NCBI GenBank assembly: GCA_963817895.1
Contig: CAWFQB010000014.1
Location: forward strand, 608,001 to 672,000
Length of the DNA: 64,000 bases
Reading direction: 5' to 3'
From: an uncultured Chthonomonadaceae bacterium
GTDB lineage: Bacteria > Armatimonadota > Chthonomonadetes > Chthonomonadales > Chthonomonadaceae
Shown here in pieces: positions 30,260 to 40,857 of this stretch. How positions within the stretch are numbered: the stretch's first letter is position 1; each line of letters starts with the position of its first letter. The notes under the pieces were generated by a model. It was given only the letters and a program-made list of their open reading frames with translations, did not search any database and had not been told where the DNA came from. The position numbers and the translations under genes are program-made.

Positions 30260-30734
30260 GCAATTCGCGTACTTGCTCGGCCAGCGGATGCGCCGGGTCA
30301 TCAAAAGCCGAACGCGCTGTTTTGCTGCTGCCGTTTGCCAGGAGGAGGCTGACCGTAGGAATGTCTCTTTTGTCCACCGCGATATGCAGCGGCGTAATCC
30401 CATGTACCCAGGTTTTATTTACCTGTGCGCCGTGTTTTAGGAGCAGGCGAACCAGAGCCGTAGAGCGGTTTTCCACTGCAATCAGCAGGGGAAACCTCCC
30501 ATCGCCATCCATCGCGTTAGGGTCGGCTCCTTTTTCCAGCAAAGTCAGAACGGATTTACTGTCCTTTTTAGGAATCGCATGAATCAGCGCGCTGTTCAGC
30601 GCCTGTTGCTTTTTGGCGTCAGGCTTCTGCTGCGCTGTGCCGGACTTTGAAACCAGGAGGGCGCTCCCTGCCAATCCCGCGCCAAGCATCCAGAATATAA
30701 ACACCTTTCGCGTCATTGCCTGCTCCTTTGGCAT
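30240..30734 (-). CDS. Secreted ankyrin-repeat protein
   Basis: Signal peptide, GADPN, FPLLIA, TPLHIA. Confidence 0.85.
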   Translation of the reverse strand: MPKEQAMTRKVFIFWMLGAGLAGSALLVSKSGTAQQKPDAKKQQALNSALIHAIPKKDSKSVLTLLEKGADPNAMDGDGRFPLLIAVENRSTALVRLLLKHGAQVNKTWVHGITPLHIAVDKRDIPTVSLLLANGSSKTARSAFDDPAHPLAEQVRELLKRKDE

Positions 30735-30877
30735 GGTTACTTATCATAAAGAATAACCGCGCAGTTGGCGACCTTATGCCGCATATAGCCACTTCGCGTT
30801 ATAAGCGAGTTCAGGAGAAAAGACGAACATTCCGAGAGGAAAGTTACAGCGGAGTATCCGGCATGAAGGGAGAACGC

Positions 30878-31048
30878 ATGAACACGATGAGCCAGCGCAA
30901 ATTGACCTCCCTTGAAAAGCGCGGGGGCGGGTTGGAGGCGGTAAAAGCCATCGCAAAGCAGAAGGGGGTTCACCTGCTGCTGCTGGAGGACGATAAGGGC
31001 AACGAGTTGGTGGCGGCAAGCGTGAAACCCTTTACCATGATTTGTTGA
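30878..31048 (+). CDS. Small hypothetical protein
   Basis: AAGGGAG before ATG; globular-looking 56 aa sequence. Confidence 0.55.
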   Translation: MNTMSQRKLTSLEKRGGGLEAVKAIAKQKGVHLLLLEDDKGNELVAASVKPFTMIC

Positions 31049-31189
31049 ACGCCTTTGGATGTCAATCTGGCAGGATGCTGTACCCGCGCATACGTATAGT
31101 TATACGCGAATATATATTGGATAGCCTATGTATTTTCCGCGTAATTATGCCGATACTCTCTATTCAGCTCTTATAACATTTTCAGTGAT

Positions 31190-32638
31190 ATGTCGCTGTT
31201 GAAGCGTATGAAAAGGAGAGAATCAATGCGGGGCGAACCAGGTATTCATAAGGCAGATGCGGAAGTCGCTTACTCGCTGGCGGAGGTGTTGTCTTCCCTG
31301 AGCCACGCGCTGGACTTGACGAGCGGCCATGCGGTGGGACACGCGCAGCGTACATGTCTGATCGGAATGCGAATTGCCCGCGAAATCGGACTGGCCAGCG
31401 AACGGCAGCACTCCCTGTACCATGCAATGCTGATGAAGGATGCCGGATGTTCCAGCAACGCCGCGCGCATGTATGAGATATTCGGCGCAGACGATCTCGC
31501 GCTCAAACAACAGGCCCGCATCACGGACTGGTCTAATCTGGTGGAAGCGACCAAGTACGCGGCTGCCAACGTTCTGCCGCACGGCCCCCTGCTCGAACGC
31601 GCCCGCCGTATTCTGCAAATCGCCGTCAATCCCGCCGGCACGACAGCCGCGTTTTCCCATTCCCGGTGTGACCGGGGCGCGCAAATCGCGCTGGCTATCG
31701 GACTGGGACAAGACGCCGCGCAATGCATCCGGCAGTTGGAAGAGCATTGGGACGGGCGCGGCGCTCCGCTGCATTTGAAGGGCGACGCCATTTCCCTGCT
31801 CGGCAGAATCGCCACCCTTGCGCAGACGCTGGAAGTTTTCGCCAACACCTTCGACGTGCCGACCGCATACGAGATGCTGCACAAGCGCAGCGGCAAATGG
31901 TTTGATCCCGAACTTGTACGCGCCGCCGATACTTTCGCGCAGGACGCTTTTTTCTGGCAGGCCGTACAAACCGATACCCGCCACGCTCTGCTCACCATGG
32001 AGTCGCGGGCGGCTCTGGAAGTCGCCACAGAACAGCGCATTGACACTATTTGCGACGCTTTTGCCCAGATCATTGACGCCAAATCGCCCTTTACAGCGGA
32101 ACACTCATCGCGTGTTCGCGACTTTGCGGTTGAAATAGGGCAGGCAATGGGGTTCGCGCCCGCCCGCCTGACCGTGCTTCGCCGCGCCGCCCTGCTGCAC
32201 GATGTCGGCAAACTGGGCGTATCCAACGCCATTCTGGATAAGCCGGGAAAACCCGATGAGGACGAATGGGCTTCGATTCGGAAACATCCGATGTTCACAA
32301 ACCAGATTCTCAGCCACATTCACGGCTTTGCGCGTTTGACGGAAATCGCCAGCGCGCACCACGAGCGGCTGGATGGAAAAGGCTACTTTCGGGGATTGGG
32401 CGCGGATCAGCTTGATCTGGATATGCGAATCCTTGCCGTTGCGGATGTATTCGACGCCCTTTCCGCCAAACGCCCGTATCGCGACGCCCTGCCCCTGCCG
32501 CAAGTCTTCGCCATTCTGGACAAGGACGCCGGGATCGCTCTGGACGCAGAATGTATCGGCACACTGAAGGAGATTTATCGCGACGGCGACCTTCACGCGC
32601 CTGCGCCGGTTACGCTGCAAACCACCTTAGCCGCGTGA
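31190..32638 (+). CDS. HD-GYP domain phosphodiesterase (tandem HD domains); start may be 31227
   Basis: LLHDVGK, HHERLDGKGY, ADVFDAL...RPYR; degenerate N-terminal HD domain. Confidence 0.92.
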   Translation: MSLLKRMKRRESMRGEPGIHKADAEVAYSLAEVLSSLSHALDLTSGHAVGHAQRTCLIGMRIAREIGLASERQHSLYHAMLMKDAGCSSNAARMYEIFGADDLALKQQARITDWSNLVEATKYAAANVLPHGPLLERARRILQIAVNPAGTTAAFSHSRCDRGAQIALAIGLGQDAAQCIRQLEEHWDGRGAPLHLKGDAISLLGRIATLAQTLEVFANTFDVPTAYEMLHKRSGKWFDPELVRAADTFAQDAFFWQAVQTDTRHALLTMESRAALEVATEQRIDTICDAFAQIIDAKSPFTAEHSSRVRDFAVEIGQAMGFAPARLTVLRRAALLHDVGKLGVSNAILDKPGKPDEDEWASIRKHPMFTNQILSHIHGFARLTEIASAHHERLDGKGYFRGLGADQLDLDMRILAVADVFDALSAKRPYRDALPLPQVFAILDKDAGIALDAECIGTLKEIYRDGDLHAPAPVTLQTTLAA

Positions 32639-32654
32639 AGAAAAATTGGGACGG

Positions 32655-33464
32655 TTAACGCGCAATCTGACGGCGGCGTGTTTTGAAGCGACGGCCTAAT
32701 GTCACCACGCCCGAACTGAAGACGCTTAGAATAATCCACAGGGGCGCAAAGGACAAGGCGACATGAAAGCCTGCGCCAATATAAGAATAGGAATATTGCG
32801 CATACGTCTTCCCTGTCAGCCAACTGACATAAGAACTCTGTGCCGCATTGATGGCGGCAAAACCGATGATGAGCAGGGGAAGCGTCAGAGCATAACCCGA
32901 CAGTGTCGCAAGAACAGGATGACGGCGCGCGCGTAGACCGATGAGGGTTCCCGATACAAGCGGCGGCGCGTAGAATATGGTCATCATCAGCGGAAGGCGC
33001 AGGGGCGCTTCATGTTCCATGAAGGTCATCATCATCAGGATGGCCGAAGCGAACAGCGCCAGAACTTCGGAAACCGTCCACATTTTCCATGCCAGTTTCA
33101 ATGACGGCCAGAAGGAGACGGCTTTTGTTTCTACCAGCGTGGTTTCCCACTCCTCCTGCCACTGTCGGGCAACAACCTGCGGCTTGCCGAACTGCGCGAG
33201 GGCGTGTTCCACCGCCTGTTCGGGAGAATAGCCGAGTTCCTGCATAGCAATCACAGCCGCCTGCAAATGGCCCTGCATCTCCTGCCGCATTTCCAGAACG
33301 GCATTAGCAGGCGTTTCGGGAGGCAGGCCCGCGCAAATGGCGTCCAGATAGGCGTCAATCTGCGTATCAACGGTTACGGCATCAGCCTGTGGGTTCAGGA
33401 TGGGGCTGTAGTCCGAGACGGGGAATTGGTTTTGATGGTTGGGTTCCTGCTGATGTTCCTGCAT
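32655..33464 (-). CDS. Permease-prefix-domain membrane protein
   Basis: EM..HL...AL.QFG.P motif followed by TM helices; downstream of PadR. Confidence 0.75.
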   Translation of the reverse strand: MQEHQQEPNHQNQFPVSDYSPILNPQADAVTVDTQIDAYLDAICAGLPPETPANAVLEMRQEMQGHLQAAVIAMQELGYSPEQAVEHALAQFGKPQVVARQWQEEWETTLVETKAVSFWPSLKLAWKMWTVSEVLALFASAILMMMTFMEHEAPLRLPLMMTIFYAPPLVSGTLIGLRARRHPVLATLSGYALTLPLLIIGFAAINAAQSSYVSWLTGKTYAQYSYSYIGAGFHVALSFAPLWIILSVFSSGVVTLGRRFKTRRRQIAR

Positions 33465-33807
33465 GATGTTCTCCCTGTTGACTGCCCGCGATCACGCTTT
33501 GTACCGCAGTTGCAAAAGCGTTCCACGTTTGTGTTCGCCGCTCCAATGCGGCCAGTCCCTGCGGCGTGATGTCATAAACTTTGCGTTCCCGCCCGCCGTT
33601 TTCTTTCTGCCACGCGCCCACGATCAGCCCTTCGCGTTCGAGGGCGTGAAGCGCGGGGTACAGCGTCCCCTCCTTGAACTTCAGAGCGTTGTTGCTGCGC
33701 CGCTCGATTTCACGGGCAATGCCGTAGCCATGCAGGGGCGCGTCACTCAGCACGGCCAGCACAAGCGTCGGCGTATTCCCTTTGAGCAGTTCCCGCTCCT
33801 CGTCCAT
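33382..33807 (-). CDS. PadR-family transcriptional regulator
   Basis: LHGYGI, EGTLYPALH.LE, RKVY.IT..G. Confidence 0.93.
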   Translation of the reverse strand: MDEERELLKGNTPTLVLAVLSDAPLHGYGIAREIERRSNNALKFKEGTLYPALHALEREGLIVGAWQKENGGRERKVYDITPQGLAALERRTQTWNAFATAVQSVIAGSQQGEHHAGTSAGTQPSKPIPRLGLQPHPEPTG

Positions 33808-33826
33808 AGTCACTCCTGAAGGCATT

Positions 33827-33867
33827 GCATTGGATTACAGTATACATCGGAATCCAATGCTTGTCAA
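33827..33867 (-). promoter_or_regulatory. padR promoter with overlapping inverted-repeat operator
   Basis: TTGACA-17-TATACT; GCATTGGATT-N14-AATCCAATGC straddles the -10. Confidence 0.7.
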
Positions 33868-33873
33868 GCAAAA

Positions 33874-33937
33874 TTAGAGAATAGAGAGTAGGGGGAATTT
33901 TGTTTATCCTACTCCCTATCACCTACTCCCTACTCCC
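33874..33937. repeat. Paired inverted heptamer arrays (degenerate)
   Basis: TAGAGAATAGAGAGTAGGG ... CCTACTCCCTATCACCTACTCCCTACTCC. Confidence 0.6.
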
Positions 33938-35140
33938 CGGCCTTAGCAGTTGTTCGGGAAGCGCGATAAGCGTGGTGGAAATGGGGCGCAGCAGTTGGTC
34001 GCCCGGGGTCTGGGGCGGGGCGGAACCGCGCAGCAGCAGGCGCGGGTTGTTTTCCTGCTTCTGTCGCTCCTGCAAGACGGGGAGGATTTGACGGGCGGCG
34101 TCGCGAACCGATTGCGTCCAGCCGTTTTCCGCCACGCTTTCCACAGACCGAACCGCGCTGCCATCCCCGATTTTACCCAATGCTGCCAGCGCGTCGAGTA
34201 CCAGTTGTTCGGTATGCGCGTGGTTGGCGAACAGGCGTTCTTTTTTCACATTGAGCAGTCGGCACAGGGCGGGAACCGTGTCCGCGTCCAGCCGCGCATA
34301 GTGGTCAGGGGTTATCTCCGGCAGGCATTGTCGCAGGCTTTCTTCAGCCACGCTCCGAATACCGGGGCTGACATCCAGCGTGGCGCGGGCAAGCGCGCCA
34401 ACGGCTTCCGGCGACCGCAGCCGTCCCATCGCCAGAACCGCCGCCATACGGACGCGATTAGCGCGATGGACATTCAGCACGCCGCCAAGCCCAAATAGAA
34501 CGATAAATACGGGAATCAGAAACGCGACAAACAGTACCGCGCTCATATATTCAAACAGCGTAGCGTCTGCCACAAGTTTGTTTGTGATGGGCGCGGCCAT
34601 CATCTGAATTGTGATTGCCACCGCGCCCAATGCAGAGACAGGCAGAGTCCGCCAGAGGGATACTTGCAGATGCCCGCGCAGTTGTTCGGCTTGCGACACA
34701 TGACGGTTTCGCGTGACCCTGCCGAGTTCGCGCGCCGCTTCCGCCTGTTGTGAGGGCGTCAGGGGCGAATGTCCGAGCAGCCACGCGCACAACATGCGCT
34801 CACGCCACAGAGAGGGCGCGGGACTGCACAATCCGCCAATCACGGCAGCGAATTTGTACGGACTGAGCGGGCCGGGATTTTTCCAGTAAGCGTCCTGTTG
34901 GGGCAGAAAAGAGTCTCGGGACAATTTCAGGCGCAGCCGCCTGATGTGCAGCGATTGTTCCTGTGTTTTCAGCGCACACATTGCCGCTTGCGTATCTACT
35001 CCTGCGGCTGTATCGGAAGCCTGATAAGCGTCTTCAGTCAGGGACGTTTCCGGCGTTACGGAAGGCCATGCTCCTGCCGTATACAGCGGGCCTGTTTCGT
35101 CCGTTTCTTCCTGTGTTTGCTGATGCAGCATGTGTGTCAC
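33923..35140 (-). CDS. HEAT-repeat membrane protein (paralog 1)
   Basis: Two TMs, RANR.R.AA..A.GR, LDAL..LGKIGDG, C-terminal LLR..LLRP repeats. Confidence 0.75.
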   Translation of the reverse strand: MTHMLHQQTQEETDETGPLYTAGAWPSVTPETSLTEDAYQASDTAAGVDTQAAMCALKTQEQSLHIRRLRLKLSRDSFLPQQDAYWKNPGPLSPYKFAAVIGGLCSPAPSLWRERMLCAWLLGHSPLTPSQQAEAARELGRVTRNRHVSQAEQLRGHLQVSLWRTLPVSALGAVAITIQMMAAPITNKLVADATLFEYMSAVLFVAFLIPVFIVLFGLGGVLNVHRANRVRMAAVLAMGRLRSPEAVGALARATLDVSPGIRSVAEESLRQCLPEITPDHYARLDADTVPALCRLLNVKKERLFANHAHTEQLVLDALAALGKIGDGSAVRSVESVAENGWTQSVRDAARQILPVLQERQKQENNPRLLLRGSAPPQTPGDQLLRPISTTLIALPEQLLRPGSRE

Positions 35141-35157
35141 CGGGGCTTTCTAAGAAG

Positions 35158-35345
35158 CCCTCAACCCTTGGCCCCAATCCCATTCAAATAAGCGTTTGTA
35201 GGGACACAACTTGTCGTGTCCGCATTGGACAAGGACGGAGGAGGACACAACAAGTTGTGTCCCTACGGAATTGTTTTTGCGGCAGAATTGCCTTATTTAA
35301 CAGTATTACCTCTAACCCTTTCTCCAAAAAGCATGGGAGAAGGGA
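35158..35345. repeat. GTAG-REP doublet (35198-35266) between CCCTCA-family fragments
   Basis: GTAGGGACACAACTTGTCGTGTCC / GGACACAACAAGTTGTGTCCCTAC. Confidence 0.75.
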
Positions 35346-35364
35346 AACCTACAGGTAAAAGTTC

Positions 35365-36501
35365 TTATCCGCCGTTGATGGGGCGTAAGAGCGTATGCGG
35401 CTGCGTTTCGTCGGCAGGGTTTGCGATGGGGCGCAGCAGAATGAGGGGCGATTCGGACGGCATTGCCGCGCTCCGCAGCAAAATGCGCTGATTCGTCTCC
35501 TGCTGTTGGCGGGCGAGCAGAATCGGAAGCAGTTCTTTCGCGGCCTGATTGACCGGGGCCGTCCAGCCGGTATTAATCAGATTGCGGGCGGCATAAACGG
35601 CGCGGCCATCTCCTATTTTGCCAAGCGCGTCCAGAATACACAATGCCAGTTCGGTCGCGCTTGCGCTGTTGTGGTGCAGTTGTTCGCGCGCCCGTTCCAG
35701 CAGGCGGCACAGATTGGGAACCACATCCGCCTCCATATCGCCGTAGCGCGCGGGCGTGAGTTGCGCAAGGCAGGCCATCAGCGCGGGTTCCGCCGCGCCA
35801 CGCACCATGCGGCTGCTATCCAGAGCGGTACGCGCAAGGGTGGCAACGCTGTCCGAGCAGGCGATACGGCCCAACGCGGTTGCCGCCGTCACGCGCAGGC
35901 GATTGGCGCGGATGGTTGCGGCGGTTTTCAGCGAGTGGTTCAGCCGATAGCCGATGTACACGCTGCCCAACAGCGCGCCCGCCTGAAAAAGCAGGGGACT
36001 GCCGTGTCCCTCGGACGAATGCCAGGTCAGGGCGAACAGCCAGCACAGCAGCCAGGGGATTGCCACCATGACAACGGGCGCGTCCAGCCAGCGTTCCTTG
36101 TGGCCGCCCCGCGCCAGCATTTTGCGGCGCAGGATATGGCACAGCGCGCGGCTGACGGTTTGCCGTTGACGGCCTGTTAGATGCGCCAGTCCCAGCGCCC
36201 ACACTGCCGCCCCGCGCTCCTCCCAATGCTCCTCGAACGGCCCCTCCAGCATCGTGAGAAGGGCGTGGAGCGTAGTATTCGGCAGATGCGCCTGCCCCAG
36301 TTGCATCAGCGCGTCGGGCGTGAGCAGGCTGCGCCGCCGGATACGCCGGATACGCTGCTGCATTTTGCGCCGCTCTTCGGGCGTGACGGCAAGGCGTTCC
36401 CCGCGCAGGCGCTCTTCCGGCGACGCGGTTCCCGCCTCCTGCCACAGCAGAGGCGGGGCGGAACGCGCTATGGTTTCCGATGCGACAAGGCTTTGCAGCA
36501 T
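35365..36501 (-). CDS. HEAT-repeat membrane protein (paralog 2)
   Basis: Clearly similar to 33923-35140. Confidence 0.75.
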   Translation of the reverse strand: MLQSLVASETIARSAPPLLWQEAGTASPEERLRGERLAVTPEERRKMQQRIRRIRRRSLLTPDALMQLGQAHLPNTTLHALLTMLEGPFEEHWEERGAAVWALGLAHLTGRQRQTVSRALCHILRRKMLARGGHKERWLDAPVVMVAIPWLLCWLFALTWHSSEGHGSPLLFQAGALLGSVYIGYRLNHSLKTAATIRANRLRVTAATALGRIACSDSVATLARTALDSSRMVRGAAEPALMACLAQLTPARYGDMEADVVPNLCRLLERAREQLHHNSASATELALCILDALGKIGDGRAVYAARNLINTGWTAPVNQAAKELLPILLARQQQETNQRILLRSAAMPSESPLILLRPIANPADETQPHTLLRPINGG

Positions 36502-36638
36502 AAGCCCTCACTCCTCACCTTATTCTAAAATAGCCCTCAACCCGGGCGTCCACTTGTGGACATAACCCCTTCTCCCAGGCTTTTTTGGGAGAAGGGGAGA
36601 AGTTTTTCATACCAGCCCGGAAACGAGAACTGTTCAAT

Positions 36639-37967
36639 TCAATACGGGCGAACGGCCTGACACAGATCGAGCGGATGGGATTCGCCGGACACGCGCAGGC
36701 GCGGGTTGGCCTGCGCTTCGGCAAGCAGGGCGGACGAGATTTCCAGAAACTGCGTGTCCGCGGTGTTGCGGATACGGGCGAAGCGCACCGTTTCCGGGTC
36801 GGCTTTGCCACAGCAGGCATACGCGGTACGGACGCAATCCTCACCCGTCGGCTGAATCATCGGCAACCGCCCGCGCAGGATACCGCCCTCGCCACTCGTC
36901 CGCATGTTGATGTAACTGGCGGTGAAATCGGTTTTCTCAATCAACTTGCGCGTGACCAGATCGGCCAGCCCGAACGCGGTGGCGTTGCCGTGCGAGGCAG
37001 CGGTCAAATCCAGCACGGCAATAATCCGAATATCCGGCCCGCCCCACGTATGTTCGGCGATTCCGGGCATGGTTCCCCTGCCGATGACATGCGTATCCAT
37101 TCCCGCCCCGCTGATGTTTTTTCCCATCTCGTCTATAACCAGCGCGTCAATTTCGTCGAACGGCAGACTCGGCGCGATCTGGCGGGCGCGTTTAAGCAAC
37201 GCCTTTTCGCCCTCCTGTCCAATCTGTTCCGGCAGCACGGCGTGTAGTTCGGATACATGGCCGAGTTCGTTTTCAATGGTGGCGATGCCGCCGAGCAGGG
37301 GCAGATGCTTCGCGTTGTAGCGGGCCAGTCGGGGTATCAAATCCCGCAGGCCCCGCGCGCCGTAACGGTGTACGCTTTCCGCGCCGTGCCGCTTGCCCAA
37401 TCCGATCACGCTCATCTTGCCGATGCCCGACTCCCATTCGCCGCTGAAGTCGGTATGCGCTTTGATACGATTGATCAGCAGAATCGCGTCGGCGGCAAGG
37501 GCGTTGCGTTCGCAATACACGGGCTGCCCCGCGTACTCGCCCGCGTCTTCGCCCTCCAAAGTGCCAATCTGACCTACGTCCATCGTAGCGCGAATTTCTG
37601 CCCCGACGGATTCGGGCGTGATACCGTAGCCCTCCAGAACCTCTATCTGCCCTGCTGCTGTCGCGCCGCCATGACTGCCCATCGCGGGAACCACATAGGG
37701 TTTCATGCCGCGCGTTTTCAACTGCGCAATGGCAGCCGCAACAATCGTCACCAGATTGTCAAGGCCGCGACTTCCGACTCCGACTGCCACCGTCGCGCCG
37801 GACGCAAGCCCTTTCTTGTTCAGCAACGTATCTACCGCCGCCTGCGCCTGAAGGGTAATCTGCTCCCCACTCAGCGCGGGAGTGTCGTACAACTGCTCCA
37901 CCGTCCAGACGGTGGGAAGCGGAATATGGGGAAAAGTAAATATATCAATCGGCAAATCAATGCGCAT
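36639..37967 (-). CDS. LarA-like / DUF362-related protein
   Basis: GSRG, PAMGSHGGAT, NRIKAHTDF, GKNISGAGMD. Confidence 0.8.
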   Translation of the reverse strand: MRIDLPIDIFTFPHIPLPTVWTVEQLYDTPALSGEQITLQAQAAVDTLLNKKGLASGATVAVGVGSRGLDNLVTIVAAAIAQLKTRGMKPYVVPAMGSHGGATAAGQIEVLEGYGITPESVGAEIRATMDVGQIGTLEGEDAGEYAGQPVYCERNALAADAILLINRIKAHTDFSGEWESGIGKMSVIGLGKRHGAESVHRYGARGLRDLIPRLARYNAKHLPLLGGIATIENELGHVSELHAVLPEQIGQEGEKALLKRARQIAPSLPFDEIDALVIDEMGKNISGAGMDTHVIGRGTMPGIAEHTWGGPDIRIIAVLDLTAASHGNATAFGLADLVTRKLIEKTDFTASYINMRTSGEGGILRGRLPMIQPTGEDCVRTAYACCGKADPETVRFARIRNTADTQFLEISSALLAEAQANPRLRVSGESHPLDLCQAVRPY

Positions 37968-38092
37968 GGCGGGTTTCCTGAATCGCGCTTACTGAAGGAC
38001 AAGGTTACGGGCAGAACAGCAATCGCGGAAGTGTGTTGCCGCATAGTTTCGACACCGGCGCGAAATCCCCTTCTTTTGGCGACAGAGGTTTC

Positions 38093-38231
38093 CAGGGATT
38101 AAAAATCCCTGTCTGTACAAAGCAAGCGTCCTGCTCACGCGGACGCAACATGTTGTGTTCCTACGCTTCTAAACTTTTCCGCGTCTGAGGGACGCTTGCG
38201 CTTTCCTGCCGGATATTTTCAATACCCGGCA
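38093..38231. repeat. Composite palindromic repeat with nested GTAG-REP (38141-38164)
   Basis: CAGGGATT..AATCCCTG, GCAAGCGTCC..GGACGCTTGC and TGCCGG..CCGGCA hairpins. Confidence 0.6.
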
Positions 38232-38403
38232 CAGAGACAGGTTAAATCTGAAACGCGCCCATGTTTAAGCCTGCGCGTGGTATAATGCTGTATACCCCCA
38301 CGCAATTCTCACAAGCGAAAGTCTGCTTTATATAATGACCCCAAGAATTCGGACAGTGGTTTAAGGTGGTGGCTGTGTCACAATAAACACAGGAGAACCC
38401 ACT

Positions 38404-38694
38404 ATGTCTACCATCCGTAAACGCTATTCTGCCGAGTTCAAAGCAAAACTGGCTTTGGAAGTGGTCAAAGGCAACCACACTCTTGCCGAGATTGCCAGTG
38501 ACGCGCAAGTGCATCCCAATCTGCTGATGCAGTGGAAAAAGCAACTGCTCGACAGTTTGCCTACGGTCTTTGCCGATAAGCGCGTCAAAGACACCAAAGA
38601 CCAGGAAGAGAAAGAAGCCCAACTTTACCAGCAGATCGGCCAACTCAAGGTTGAACTGGACTGGCTCAAAAAAAAATCAGGTCGCCTCGGTTGA
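38404..38694 (+). CDS. IS3 transposase OrfA
   Basis: RKRYSAEFKAKLALE HTH; A-run at WLKKK. Confidence 0.92.
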   Translation: MSTIRKRYSAEFKAKLALEVVKGNHTLAEIASDAQVHPNLLMQWKKQLLDSLPTVFADKRVKDTKDQEEKEAQLYQQIGQLKVELDWLKKKSGRLG

Positions 38695-39523
38695 GACGCT
38701 GCGGCAGCGCGTGGAAGTCGGGCATCCGCATCTGAGCATTGGGCGTCAATGTGAACTGCTCGGTCTGTCGCGTTCCGGCTACTACTACCAGCCAACAGGT
38801 GAAAACGCGTTCAATCTGCTTCTCATGCAGCTCATAGATAAGGAGTATACCAAGCATCCATTCTTCGGCTACCGGAAGATGGTTCATGTCTTGCGCGAAG
38901 ACGGGCATCTTGTCAACAAGAAGCGGATTGCCCGCTTGATGCAGGTTATGGGATTGCAGGCCATGGTTCCCGGCCCGAATACGAGCCGCCCGCATCCTGA
39001 AAATCCCATCTACCCGTACCTTTTGCGCGGCGTCAAGATAAACGCAGTCAATCAGGTGTGGAGTTGCGACATCACCTATATTCCCTTAGAGAAAGGATTT
39101 GTCTACCTGTTTGCCATTATCGATTGGTACAGTCGCTTCGTTCTGACGTGGCAATTGTCCAACACGCTCGACACGGCTTTTTGCTGCGAAGGACTGGATC
39201 AGGCTCTGGGAAGCGGTAAGCCCATGATCTTCAATTCGGATCAGGGCGTCCAATTTACCAGCAAGGAGTTCACGGGTCGCTTGCTATCCGCCGACATTAC
39301 CATCAGCATGGATGGACGAGGCCGGGCGCTGGACAACATCTTCGTGGAACGCTTGTGGCGAACGGTCAAATACGAAGACGTGTATCTCAAAGGCTACGAA
39401 ACGCCAAAAGCCGTGTACAACGGATTGCACAGCTACTTCCAGTTCTATAATGAAGCGCGTCCGCACCAAGCGCTGGCCTACAAAACACCAGCCCAAGTGT
39501 ATCAACAAGCGCTCGGTTGCTAG
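38668..39523 (+). CDS. IS3 transposase OrfB (DDE), fused via -1 frameshift on the A-run
   Basis: WSCDITY, NSDQG.QF, DNIFVERLWRTVKYE. Confidence 0.9.
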
Positions 39524-39628
39524 AGCAAAACAACCGATGCGGCGACCACCTTAAACATGACGAAAATTTGTCTTGACAAAGGGGGTCACTATATTATTTT
39601 GCTTCGTAAATGTGTATACACAACGCGA

Positions 39629-40609
<981 letters not shown>

Positions 40610-40614
40610 CCACA

Positions 40615-40857
40615 GAGGAAGAAAAGGAGAAGAGGAGAGGGAACCGCGAAAGACGCTAAATAAACGAAAAAAGGATAAAAAGAAAATGCACCCCCCGGAG
40701 AACACGGATAAATGCGGATAGGAACAGTACGAAATTAGTTCTTCCTCTTTGCAATCCTATTAATCCTCTGTATTCCTTTTTGTCTCTTCTTCTTTTTGCT
40801 TATTTCGCGTGTTTCGCGGTTCCCTCTCCCTTTCTCCTTTTCTCCTCTTCTCCTTTT
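40615..40857. repeat. Nested paired repeat element (8-mer arrays outside, ~9-mer arrays inside)
   Basis: GGAGAAGAGGAGAGGGAACCGCGAAA ... TTTCGCGGTTCCCTCTCCC..TCTCC. Confidence 0.75.

Larger units (their letters stand above)
38331..39593 (+). mobile_element. IS3-family insertion sequence, 1263 bp
   Basis: IRs TATAATGACCCC / GGGGTCACTATA, 3-bp TTA direct repeat on both flanks, orfA/orfB. Confidence 0.93.

Noticed and set aside
31093..31106. CGTATA-N2-TATACG palindrome upstream of the HD-GYP gene
   Set aside because: Single short occurrence with no regulator to assign.
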